NCBI RefSeq assembly: GCF_018350175.1
Contig: NC_058383.1
Coordinates: 27,220,001 to 27,284,000 of the forward strand
DNA from: Felis catus
Taxonomy: Eukaryota
Length of the DNA stretch: 64,000 nucleotides
Reading direction: 5' to 3'
Position numbers and translations under genes: made by a program. Below the pieces are notes generated by a model. That model saw only the letters and a program-made list of their open reading frames with translations. It was not told where the DNA came from and ran no database searches. Of the stretch, positions 38,460 to 49,525 are shown piece after piece (positions within the stretch are counted from its first letter, which is position 1; every line of letters starts with the position of its first letter).

Positions 38460-38720
38460 AGTTCACAAGACAAAGCTACGCTCACTCTGAGTTCATGCTG
38501 GAACAAGGGAGGCACATGGTAACTGTATATTGGCTGTCGGCTGGTAATAACAGGTATGAGGAAAAACAAATCCGCACAGATGGGACAGACAACAGTGATA
38601 GTTTACCATGTTAAGAGTGGTGGTCAGGAAGGCCTCTCCAGAGGAGGAGCTTTGAACCAGGACCCGACACAGGTGAGGGAGAAAGCGTGCTGCCATTTGG
38701 AAGCACAGGGCTCTAGGTAG
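38345..38720 (-). mobile_element. L2 3' fragment containing a (GT)n microsatellite
   Basis: TTCATTCATATTTGCTGAG.ACC.ACTATGTG.CAGGCACTG...GTGGTCAGGAAGGCCTCTC. Confidence 0.65.
38420..38458. repeat. (GT)n microsatellite
   Basis: About 19 GT units. Confidence 0.95.
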
Positions 38721-40103
38721 AGGGAAGAAAAGGTGTGAGATCGGGGGCAAAGACACGCATCTTTGGCAGTAGTCTCCCCCCACCCCCCACCTTTCCCCTC
38801 TCGATGCCAGAGCTGTTCCTATTGCAATGGTACCCACGGATTACAGAAATGCTATATTTGCACAGTACTGGCGCGGCGTGAAATAATGGCGCAGGGATTT
38901 GGACGGGGAAGGGGAGAGCGGTGACTATAACATTTTATTTCAGCTTACTCAAGCTCAGCTCCTTTGAAATAGCTGACGTGTTTTCTTGGCCATAAACCTG
39001 CGGTAAGCCTATGTACAAAAGCCTCACCTGTCAACAACCTAGTAAATCCACAGGTAAGATTTTTTTCTCCCTTCCAAAAAGTCATGGGAACGGAATGGGT
39101 TGTAATCAAAGTTGTAGGACCAGTTAAGGCAGTCCTGCTTCCTGCTTTGCACTTGATGAGTAAAGCTGAATGAGAAGGTGTCTACTTCTGCAGAATGTTA
39201 GCATAGCATTCAAGATAAATCAATGTATTTGTGCATACATCCCCAAACTTTGCAAAGACAGAGGAGACAACGGGATAATGAGGTCGTGGCTGTGACATTT
39301 CTCTGCCAGGGTTGTCACAAACTTGCCAAGAACAAAGCCATATTCCGAGACAAGAAAGGGCACCTGCTTCTGGGTAACAGAGAAGACCTGACCCTTAAAG
39401 CCATATGCACGCTTCCAGCTATGCTCACTGCTGCATCCGAGTGCCTCCTGTGGCCACTAACAACTTGATGTGAGCCTACACGTTGTCCCTATCATATAAG
39501 GAGGGGGGAGGTCAGGGATGTGCAGACTCTGATGAAGCACATCCCAATCCCCATGGCAGGGTGCCACGAGGCTTCACTACCTGGGACAGGAGAGGAGTCA
39601 TTCCAAGGCTTGGGTTCAAGTTCACGTGTCCAACCTGAGTATAAGTCTACAGTCACTGATCTAACTACCTTCTCTGATTTCCAAAAATATGCCCTTCTGG
39701 ATTCTAGTGGATGGCAGATTAGAATGTGTATGTGCATTGGAGTGAGAGACAGGAGAGGAAGGGTCTGAGACAGGGGACAGGAGGGTACACTTTGAAACCT
39801 CCTTCAGGTATCACAAACTCACAGGACGACAGCTAATCCCTGATCATGGTGATGGTGCTGTGGGCATCATTTTGTTCTCCAGATCCTGTTTACAAGGCAC
39901 CGAAGGGGTCACACATCTTCAGGAAGACAGGTTAACCAAACTGTGCGGGGGGCACTTTCAGGGTCAGCTTCAGTTATGTGTAACATTCACGTGTAATACA
40001 GAATACCTTCTTTCTTAACAAGACTCAAGAGACCAAGTGTTAGTCTATTAAGCATTAATAACTCTTGAGGCCCCACAGACCCCACACTCTGGCTTCATGA
40101 GGA

Positions 40104-40323
40104 TTTTTGTTTGTTTAGTGTTTATTTTTCAGAGAGTGAAAGAGAGAGTGCGCACGAGCAAGCCGGGGAGGGGCAGAGAGAGAGGGAGACACAGAATCCG
40201 GAGCCGGCTCCAGGCTCTGAGCTGTCAGCACAGAGCCCGACGTGGGGCTCAAACTCACAAACCACAAGATCATGACCCGAGCCAGAGTGGAAAGGTGAAC
40301 AGACCATGCCACCCAGGTGCGCC
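40104..40323 (-). mobile_element. CAN-SINE
   Basis: GGGCAGAGAGAGAGGGAGACACAGAATCCG...CAGGCTCTGAGCTGTCAGCACAGAGCCCGACG...CACCCAGGTGCGCC. Confidence 0.92.
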
Positions 40324-40715
40324 GGGAGAACTTTCATTTCCAGATGAAAAGAGCTGGGTCTCAAGCCCACATGTGTGAGAAACCGTCAGTCCCGTGTGCT
40401 GAACCCCTTCCCCAGGTGAGCTGGCAGCCACGGGGGGCCTGGTGGGGGTGTGACTCCCCACTACTCTTATGGCCTCAGGCCAAGGCTAGCCAGGGAGACA
40501 GGGTGCCCTCTTTGGCTGAGAACTGCGGTTATGTCCCTTCCCCAACACACACGGACACAAACACACCTGTACGGGGAAACAACTATACAGTCAACCTGGA
40601 GAGTCTGTGAGTAACCAAGGGACAGCTGACGACTTTACTCTCCCTTGGCACACGGGAGTCATTTTCAGGGTAAGTGACCAAGTGCGTTCTTGTATTAGGA
40701 GATTAGCTGCAGGGG

Positions 40716-41027
40716 TGTTATGGACCAAATGTTTGTGTCTCCCAAGAATTCCTGTTGAGACCCTAACCCCTGATGTGATGGTGTTAGGAGATGGGGTTTC
40801 AGGAGGTTGACCAGGTCACAAGGGTGGATTCATCATGAACAGAATCAGCCAGCGCCGTGACCCTCTTTCTGCCCTGTGAGGACGCCACAAGAGGTGGGCG
40901 ACCGGCGCCTAGGAAGGAGGAGGACCAAGCCGGCAGCAGACTCGGGAACTCTGAGCAATCAAGGTCTGTTATCTCTAAGCCACCACTCTACAGGGCTTGG
41001 TCACAGCAGCCAGAGCAAAGTCAGAGA
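40716..41027 (+). mobile_element. MLT1A-like ERVL-MaLR LTR
   Basis: TGTTATGGACCAAATGTTTGTGTCTCCC...CCCTAACCCCTGATGTGATGGTGTTAGGAGATGGGG...TAAGCCACC...CAGCAGCCAGAGC. Confidence 0.8.
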
Positions 41028-41271
41028 GGTGGACACACACCACGTGGGTACTCAAGGAGAATTCAAGTGCAGGTGGTTGGGAGGGCAAAAGTGAGCGAAC
41101 TGGAGACAATATACAAGAGAGAACAACAACAGACGACACAGGATTTTTGCCCTTTCAAACCTCAACTCCAAATAAGATGCAATGTCTCTGTACACGGAGG
41201 TTTCACTTTATAGAGTACATAGACTTCAGAAAAATTGGATACGAACAGGAATTTTTTAAAAATCCTTCTTG

Positions 41272-41491
41272 GGGGCGCCTGGGCGGCTCAGTCCGTTGAG
41301 CGTCTGACTTTGGCTCAGGTCACGATCTGGCAGTTTGTGAGTTCGAGCCCCGCACCAGGCTCTGTGCTGACAGCTCAGAGCCTGGAGCCAGCCTCAGATT
41401 CTGTGTCTCCCTCTCTCTCTCTCTCTCTCTCTCTGCCCCTCCCCCACTTGTAGACTCGCTCACTTTCAAAAATAAACGTTAATAAAAAAAA
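41272..41491 (+). mobile_element. CAN-SINE
   Basis: GGGGCGCCTGGGCGGCTCAGTCCGTTGAG head, GTTCGAGCC, (CT)n, A tail. Confidence 0.93.
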
Positions 41492-42299
41492 GTATCCTTT
41501 GGCAAGTTTGAGTTTCCAAGTGTTCTGAACGTCCCTATACTCATGAAGCCAAACCTGTATGATAGGGGTGTATTCCGGCCCCCCTCCTTAGACAGAGGAA
41601 GGGTCTGAGGCCCAAAAGGCCACGTGACTGACCTAAGGTCACACAGCTGGAGTCAGAGCTGAGCCTTGAACTGGAGGCTCTGCTCTTCTGGGCAGTATGC
41701 GCTCCGGCAGTTACTCGTTTGGGACGCTTGAAATAAGCGGGCCAGAGCCTGGGGCCCAGGAATCGGTTAGTCTTACGAGCCTGTAGTTTTAATGCCCTAT
41801 TTTTCTGGAAGTCCAAACTACACCACCAGGGTGTTTCTCTTATTCATTATGGAGTCCTCTTGGTTTTATTTATATTTTGCAGCAAAACGATTTAAAGCCA
41901 ATGTGCTCGGGCACAGAGGAAATCTGACCTGAAAGACTGTCTCTGTGGCAAAAGGAGAACCGGCAGATACTTATTTCCTGCCTTTGCGAGGCCAGTAACA
42001 TCCTGGTACAAGGAGATCCATCAATACATCTTTCATAAGGGCTTCTCTGCACAGTGAGGTGGAAAATCTTTCCAATGACTCCGGCCCATTTGTAACTCTG
42101 CCCTGAATAAAAGAAGGGATTGATCGGGGCTTGGACTGCTTCCATGCCCAGGGGCCGTCCTGCGCCCTAGGAGACGCGGTCTACGATGGGATAAAATTCA
42201 ATGGGGCAATTGCTCTTGGAGAGAGAGCCCAGTAGGGGTCAGCTAGGCCTCTGAAGGGTGAGCAGTGAGGGGTTAAACATGCTCTGCCTTGCTCTGCTT

Positions 42300-42303
42300 G
42301 GGG

Positions 42304-42336
<33 letters not shown>
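42300..42336. repeat. Poly(G) homopolymer
   Basis: GGGGC followed by 32 uninterrupted G at 42305-42336. Confidence 0.95.
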
Positions 42337-42337
<1 letters not shown>

Positions 42338-42795
42338 CTCTAGAGGGAGGGACGCCTGCAAGTCTCCAAAATTCAGAGGCTTAAAAGGAAACAGAGGGAA
42401 GGCTTGCCACTGGCTGCTTAGGAACCGCACCTCAGTTTCCCCTCCTCGTGATCCCCAATCCACAGTTGGCATGACGTAGCCTCAGTGCGTCCATCAGCCA
42501 GTGGGGTGGCATTTCTTAAGCATCTTCAATGGACTGCCACAGTGGGGTTACTCAGAGGCTTCCTAACAGGGCAGAGGGACCTGGGGGCTTGAAAAGGATG
42601 GATGCCCCACGGCTCTGGACACATCCCACGACCCCAATATCCCCGAGTGGTGGCCGATGCCCAGAGTTCTATGCTGGCTAGGAGGCTAGGACTCCCGAGT
42701 CCAGTTTTAGATGCTGCCACTTGGGCAGCCGACTTCTCCCTCTGGACTGTACTTGACTCTTCTGTAAAAGTGGGGTGAGGCTGCTTACCTTAGGG

Positions 42796-43040
42796 CAGCA
42801 ATTCTCAATTTGGGGAGTGGACATTTTGCCCCTCCCCCCAGGGAACATTTGGAAATTTCTGGAGACATTTTTGACTGTCACACTGGGAGACAGGGAGTAG
42901 GATGGGGTGCTACTGGCATCTCGTATGCAGAAGCCAGGGACACTGCTCAACATCCTACGGGGCACAAGACAGCATCCTCCCCCACACACAAGAAAAAATG
43001 ATCCAGATCAAAATGTCAGTAAGGGTGCCAAAGTCAACCA
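42796..43040 (+). mobile_element. MER20 DNA transposon
   Basis: ATTTTGCCCC..CAGGGAACATTTGGAAATTTCTGGAGACATTTTTGACTGTCAC...GGTGCTACTGGCATCT...AACATCCTAC...AAAATGTCA. Confidence 0.85.
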
Positions 43041-43537
43041 AGTGCAGAGAAAGCTCTTTTGGCATCCTCACAAGATGGTTCAGTGCTCTGGTTCAAGGCT
43101 AAGACACAGGCCCACACTCTTGCTCATCTACCCAAGATCTCATCCCAATCTCGACCTTCTCTCCCATTTCCCAGGCGTATGAACACGAACAAGATTCTTC
43201 TCTTATCCAAGCATCAGCTTCAAGGTTGAGATCAGGGGGTATATACAAGCTGCTCTAAGCCAGAGTCACCATCCATGAAGATTCTAACTCAGTATCATTC
43301 CCGGCAACTGGCACACAGCAAGTGGTCAATAAATGGGATGTGTTATTTTATGTAAGGAAAATAACGTCTCTCTCCTAACTGTCACGGGCATAATAAAACG
43401 TGAAGTCTGGTTAGCACGGTGCCTCATGTCCTTGATGATAACGAGTACATCTTGGTTGATGAAGGCAAAGGATCGATACGTGGGCACAAACATAAGTGAC
43501 AAGAACAAATGAAGGTTTGTGGAAAAGCAAACGTCCA

Positions 43538-43648
43538 GGGGCACCTGCATGGCTCAGGTCATAATCACACACCGTTCATGCAATCAAGCCCCGTTTTGGG
43601 AGCCTGCTTGGGATTCTCTCTCTTTCCAAATAAACTCAAAAAAAAAAG
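43538..43648 (+). mobile_element. Short, multiply deleted CAN-SINE
   Basis: GGGGCACCTGCATGGCTCAGGTCATAATC...CAAGCCCCG...GGAGCCTGCTTGGGATTCTCTCTC...AAATAAAC and A tail. Confidence 0.75.
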
Positions 43649-43710
43649 AAAAAGGCCAATGTCTAGCCTGGAGCTTAACGTGCACAGAGGGGCCAAAAGG
43701 TATCTGCTCT

Positions 43711-43911
43711 GGGGCACCTAGGTGGATCAGGGATCAGTCGGTTAAGCGTCCGACTTCAGCTTAGGTCATGATCTCATGGTTTGTGAGTTCAAGCCCTGCA
43801 TTGGGCTCTATTGACAGCTTGGAGCCTGGAGCCTGCTCCAGATTCTACCTCTCTCTCTGCCCCTCCCCTGCTCTCACACACACTCTCTCTCTCTCAAAAA
43901 CAAAAACAAAA
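43711..43911 (+). mobile_element. CAN-SINE
   Basis: Head with GGATCAG duplicated, GTTCAAGCC; degenerate TSD around TATCTGCTC on both sides. Confidence 0.92.
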
Positions 43912-43968
43912 AAATGTTATCTGCTCCATGGAGAGGAGGTGACTCAGGGAAGTATGAGGGGCTTACAG

Positions 43969-44187
43969 CAGAGTTTCTCAGCCTCAGGATTACAAATCTC
44001 GGGGCCCGAGGATTCTGTGCTGTGGGAGCTGTTCCCCACAATGCGTAATGTTAGCAGCATCCCTTTACCATCCCTCCCTCCCCATCCCAGCTGTGACAAC
44101 CAAAAAAGGTCTCTGGCCACTACCAAGTATTCCCTGGCGGGGGGTGGGGGGGTGGGGGGGGGGCACAAATGCCTCTGAGAACCCCTG
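43969..44187 (-). mobile_element. MER20 DNA transposon with G-rich expansion
   Basis: CAGAGTTTCTCAGCCTC...TTAGCAGCATCCCT...TGTGACAACCAAAAA..GTCTC...TGAGAACCCCTG. Confidence 0.75.
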
Positions 44188-45039
44188 GTCTGAAACTGTC
44201 TGACACACACCAGGCTTTCACTCAGCAAACATGCTGGAAGGAAGCAGGGACAGAGGAGTGACGGAACCAGGCTGACCCACAGGGCAGCAGGCCTTGGCTG
44301 CCTCTCCTGACTCTCACTCCTGACAGACGACACGGAGAGAGGCTGTCCGCCGGCAGCTCGGTTTCTCTCAAACAGGTGGCTCTTGCTCAAGCCCACTGTT
44401 TGCGCTCTGCCTTAAGCGGGCAACTTCCCTGAGAATCCATTTTTCTAGTCCTGAAGATTATCTGTGGATATCACAGTCAGTATCCGTACCACTCAACCTG
44501 CCTCTCATCACTCTCCCTTCAAAGGGATTCTCTGGCAGTACTTGTAGTCCCGAATGGTTTAATGTTCCTGTTGTGTGGCCGAGCCATTGTAGTCAGGAAG
44601 AGTAAGAGGTATGGAGTTACCCTGGGTTTGCGGTTGGAGGCTTAGAGGTGGAAAACCCTGGCCTCTCTAGCTCCTGAACCTAACCCCTTGGCAGATGGTG
44701 AGGGAGCTATGGAGGGAGGAAGAGAAATCACAGGTCAGGGGCACAGCTGGGGGGTGGGGGTGGGGAAGGGAGAGAGGTCACCTGAGAGCTCAAAGGCTGG
44801 GGGTAGGACCACCAGCGGATGCGAACTTCTAGGACCCACCTTAAGGAAGGAGCTACAACGGAGCAGACTCACTGGACGCTCCCTTAATACCCCCTCTCCC
44901 TCACATCCCAGCTCCAATCTCGGCCAGGTCCTCTGTCTTCCTCGCATGTGGCCACTTCTCTGCAGCTCCACCGTGGCCAGCAGCTAGATGTGAGCAGCAG
45001 TGCGGACTGACCCCCTTGTGCTTTACCTGGCCCACGCAG

Positions 45040-45560
45040 GCAGCCCTCCTACACCCAGCAGCCAGAGCAAACCTCTGAAAAGACCAATCAGATGCTACTC
45101 CTTTGCTTAAAACCCTTGCACAGCTACTACTGCTGAGGACCCACACGGAATTCTGACTGTAGCCCGCAAGGCCAGGCTCCTGCCCAGCCCCCACCTGGCC
45201 CCTTCTCCACTCTCTGTTTTGCTTCTTAGCATTCTCTCCAGTCATTACCAGGTTCCCACTTAGACCAGGACCTTTGCACATACTGCTTCCTCCTCCTCCT
45301 CAACTAATCCTTACCTAGACTACACTTCTTCATTTCAGCTTAAATGTCGCTTCCCTAGGGACATTCTGCTGACCTTTCCTGGCCAAGTCCACAGCGAAAC
45401 AGTCTCAGGACACTGGGACTTTCATCCCGTTGCACTTCAGTTCTGCTCAACAATAGGCATCTGTCCCCACCAGATGACGAAGCTGCCTGAGGGCAGGGCG
45501 TCTATTTTGTCCACTGATGTGTCTTTGTTCCTATTCAGTTCAGTAAACATTTGCGGAATA
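45040..45560 (+). mobile_element. L2 fragment
   Basis: ATCAGATGCTACTCCTTTGCTTAAAACCCTT...CAGGACCTTTGCACATACTG...AGCTGCCTGAGGGCAGGG...TCAGTAAACATTTG. Confidence 0.65.
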
Positions 45561-45879
45561 AACAACCTCACGAATGGGGATAAGGAAGAGAGAAGCTTGC
45601 TCCAAGCTTAGACAGAGCGTCCCTTTCAGGGGTCATACCATGGCTCCATTCCCAGACACCTCCCAGGAGAACTAAAAAGGGAGCTGAGGGGAGTGTGGTG
45701 TCTGCTCCGCCCTCACCTCTTTCCTCTCCCTTGCAAGCTTCCCTGTTCTGGCCCCAGATAGATGAAGACCGGTCCTCCCCGCCCTGCACCCCCTTCCAGA
45801 ACACTGAGCCCCAGCCAAACCACCCACTGGTTTGACAACAAAGTGCCAAACTCCTACTGGAAGCGAGATGTGGACCTTG

Positions 45880-46156
45880 ATCTCCAGGAGGCCCGCAGCA
45901 GCAACACCAACTGGGGGGTTGGTTGGAAATGCAGAAACCCAGGCCCCATCCCAGATGGGCAGGGTCAGAACCTGCATGTGAACAGATCCCAGGTGATGGG
46001 TATTGGCGCTGGGCTAGAGAGCGCTGGACAGAACCATCTGGAGGCCCCTGGACCCCACCTACCTCACCCCCACTTTCTGATCCAGTGTTTGCAGCACAGC
46101 AGGACTCAGGTTCAAGATGATGGGGTTGGTCCTGGATCAAGCTTTGAGAACCACTA
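45880..46156. mobile_element. MER5-family fragments
   Basis: GCAGCAGCAACACCAACTGGG..TTGGAAATGCAGA..CCCAGGCCCCATCCCAGA...AGATCCCAGGTGAT; terminal CTTTGAGAACCACT. Confidence 0.6.
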
Positions 46157-46559
46157 CTTGACAGTTTTATGGGGGTCCAGGAAGGAAGTCCTCAGAGAGG
46201 CCCAGAAAGGCGTTCTCAAAGAAGCAAGGTGTGAGCTGGGAGGATGAGTAAGAGCTTGCCACACAACAGGTTAGAGGGGCATTGTGAACAGAGGACACCA
46301 CACAGAACCAACTAAGAAGCATGATGCACGTTGTGTCATTCATTATCGGTGCCTGGATTCCAGGCAGGGCAGGAAGAAGACCAGGGAGGGGAGGGGAGGG
46401 AGCCCCAAGGTCACAGAAGCCCTGCTTCCTCTTCACCCCACACAGCACTGCCAAGGAGAACATAAAACATCCTCAGATGCCACGATCATATAGCTAACAC
46501 TCCCGGGACGCTTACCATACATCTAGCCTCATGCCAAGGCCTTACTTCCATTAACGTAG

Positions 46560-46790
46560 TTTTCTTTCTTTTCCAACTGTTTGAAAGAAGGAATTAGACT
46601 CACAGGCAGTTGCCAAGATAGTACAGAGTTCCATGTTCCTTCACCCAGCTTCCCCCAATGGTGACATCTTATTTAACTGCGTTGCAATATTAAAGCCAGA
46701 CGATTCACATCACTATACTAATAACTAAGACCACAGTTATTTCATTTTCACATTTTCTATGCACACATTTGTGTGTATGTGTGTGTGTGG
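46560..46790 (-). mobile_element. L1 (L1MB/MC-like) 3' end fragment
   Basis: TTAGACTCACAGG.AGTTGC.AAGATAGTACAGAG..CCATGT.CCTTCACCCAGCTTCCCCCAATGGTGACATCTTA. Confidence 0.7.
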
Positions 46791-47300
46791 GTGTGTTACT
46801 CACAACAACCCTATTATTATCCCATTTTGCAGATGAGGAAACCAAAGCAAAGAGAATAACTTGCAGGAGCAGAAGGGGGAAAAAACTGAATTCTGGAAGT
46901 CTTGCTTCTCTGACAAGTTCTGATATTTATGCAAACTCACGGATCAGGGAGATTTCCAAGGGGGATGCATATCTGCAAAAAGAGGCCCATCCCGAAGGAC
47001 CCTGTCGTCTGGGAAAAAGCCTCACTGGCGGGAGCCGAGCAGAGAAGCTGGCCCCTGGGCAGCCTTGCTCCCAGCTCAAAGGCGCCCCTGTCCACTGGAT
47101 CTGCCCCCAGGTACCTGGTCGGGTGATGTTCGCAGGGCTGGCCTGGGCTGTCTGCCAACATCAGGACCAGACAGAAATCTGCTGTTCCACATCCCAGCTC
47201 CTGCCCTGGCGCCTGGCAACCCCACAGAGGCCTGTTTGTGAAGGCAGGAAGGAGGCTGGGCTGTTCAGCCTTCCCGTCAGACAAGCTCTGAGCCCCCAGC

Positions 47301-47343
47301 GGCTGGGCTGGGCTGGGCTGGGCTAGGGGAGGCTAGGGTAGGG
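47301..47343. repeat. (GGGCT)n pentamer repeat; G-quadruplex-capable
   Basis: GGCTGGGCTGGGCTGGGCTGGGCTAGGGGAGGCTAGGGTAGGG. Confidence 0.85.
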
Positions 47344-49069
47344 AGAGGAGACACACAGCAAGGCCTTACACCACCAAACAAGGCCTCCCTCATGATCAGG
47401 GCCTCCAGCCACCGCCTTCGTGGCCAGCGACTACCAGACATAGGCCTCCTTTTGCTGCTTTTATGGCTTGTTGGGCTTCTTAGAAGGGAATGTTCTCTGT
47501 GACTACAAACATGTAAAGATGATCTATGCACGTGGACAGGGTCTGCTCAGACCCACACACACCGTTGGATTTGTAGCCAGATTGGTGGGGCCATGGGTGA
47601 ATTCTTTGCTTTGTCAACGTGGCACTCTGTCAATGTTACTATAATGCTTTTTGTGTAGTTAGGCAAAAAGGTTTTCTTTCATTGTGGGGGGGGGGGCGAA
47701 TTTTAGAAAAAGACACTATGGCACGGGGAATGATTTTGCTTAAATGTGAAACAACTGTTACAGTCTGGTAAGTAGCCTCATGTCTGAACTTCTCCAAGCC
47801 TCAGTTCCCTTGACTGGAAAGCATAGGTGTGGCTACAAGGATCCATCCCCAACTGTTAAGCTACAGAGACCTATATGGGAGGGGGCAAAGTTAAAGCAAG
47901 TCTTTTACTTCTATTTTGTCCAGAGACTCAAAACGCAGCCTTGGGCAGGCCCCACCAAACCGTCATGGTCATTGGTTTTAAGTCCATCCACTCTGGGAGG
48001 GTTGGGAAACACAATGAAACCCGACTGTTTTAAAACATTCTGCAGGTCAAACCAAGCTGGCTGATTGCCTTGGGTGCTCATTTGGCTTCTGAAGCCCACT
48101 CGTGCCCAGAAGCATTTCGGGAGCTCTGGGACATCTTCGATCTTTGGATCGGACGATTCTAGGGGGAAAGCTCTGAATCGACGGGCCCGCAGGTAATGAA
48201 ATGTGGTCCTGGAGTGTCCATGCAGCTGCCCAGTCTCTGGCCAGAGGCCTCCCAGGTCAATTCCTCACCTGCACAGGAACTCCCTTGGGTGCCACAGAGA
48301 AGGAGGCTGCGTGCGGCTAACTCAACATCATTTTTAGAGCCTCCCAGAAACCACTAGATTCTTGAAACCAGAATATGTGTTACCAGTTGCCCTCAAATGG
48401 CCAGAAGTTCTCCCCACTCATTCCCACCAGTTACTGTTCCTTAAGGGACATCAATACATCTACTCTCCAAATGAACCCATAATAGAAGGGGAAATGGACA
48501 CACAATTAACTGAGGACATCACGTGAAACCAAATTACCATTTATACCCTCTCATTCCAGAAAGGGAAGGCTGCAATGAAAGACCCAGAAGCCAGAAAAAC
48601 CATATACAGACAGAAAATCAATAACCACAGTGAGGAATGGAAACTTTACAAACAGCAGTTAACAGAATGATTCCAACCGACATCAGATGAGGCTCTGAGC
48701 TTCCTGGTGGCCAAAGCAAAAAAGAACGTACATTATATAGCTCATAATCTAACACCTGGAAGCTTAGCCACAGAAAAAAGAAAAGCTAGCTCCTGGTACA
48801 ATGTGCCTGGCAGGTGTGAGCAAGGAGGCAGGAGGTAAGGAGGTCCAGAGGTCAGTGGCAGCCAGGCCAAGATCAGGCCTTTGGCTTAAACTCCAAGCGG
48901 CATGAGGAGTCAAGGGTGGGCTTTAAGCAGAGGCCTGACCTCATCTCACTCATGACTTAAAAGAATAATTCTGACATGTTCTGAGAATAGCCTGCTGGGG
49001 TACAACGGGAGAAGCGGGGAGGCCTATCCGGAGGCTACAGCAAAATGCCACCCAAGAGACAGTGCAAGC

Positions 49070-49525
49070 CCTTAGAATGAAACCCAGCCTACTTCCCAGC
49101 ACCCACAAGGCTTCACATGCTCTAGACCCTCCTCTCTGTTCAGCTCAAACCCATGCCACTTTCTCTCCCTCCCACCACTGCGATCTGTCCACTTCTGGTC
49201 CCGTCTATTAGTCACGTTGGGTATCTGCCCACTATGTTCTTCCTTGACTTCTGCATGGCACTGTAACTGTCAGCCCAGGAGAGCTCTTTCCCAAGCCCCT
49301 GTGACATGTAGGACCTCCCTCAATCCCAGACTCTCCTGCCTCTTTCTTAGCACCCAATCACAGCCCATCATTATTGTGGTCTGGTTTACTTCTTGGTTGA
49401 TTGTGGCCCATCTCTCCACCGGGAGGTCTAGTATTCCACGAAGACAAAGATGTGTCTCCCACGGCATCTCCTCCTCCATCATAGCCCAGGGCCTGACACA
49501 TAACAGGTGCTTAATAAATTCTGGT
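49070..49525 (+). mobile_element. L2 3' fragment
   Basis: CCCTTAGAATGAAACCCA...GCCCAGGGCCTGACACATAACAGGTGCTTAATAAAT. Confidence 0.55.

Noticed and set aside
47301..47343. Immunoglobulin switch-like GGGCT repeats
   Set aside because: Only about five units with no Ig context; treated as a simple repeat
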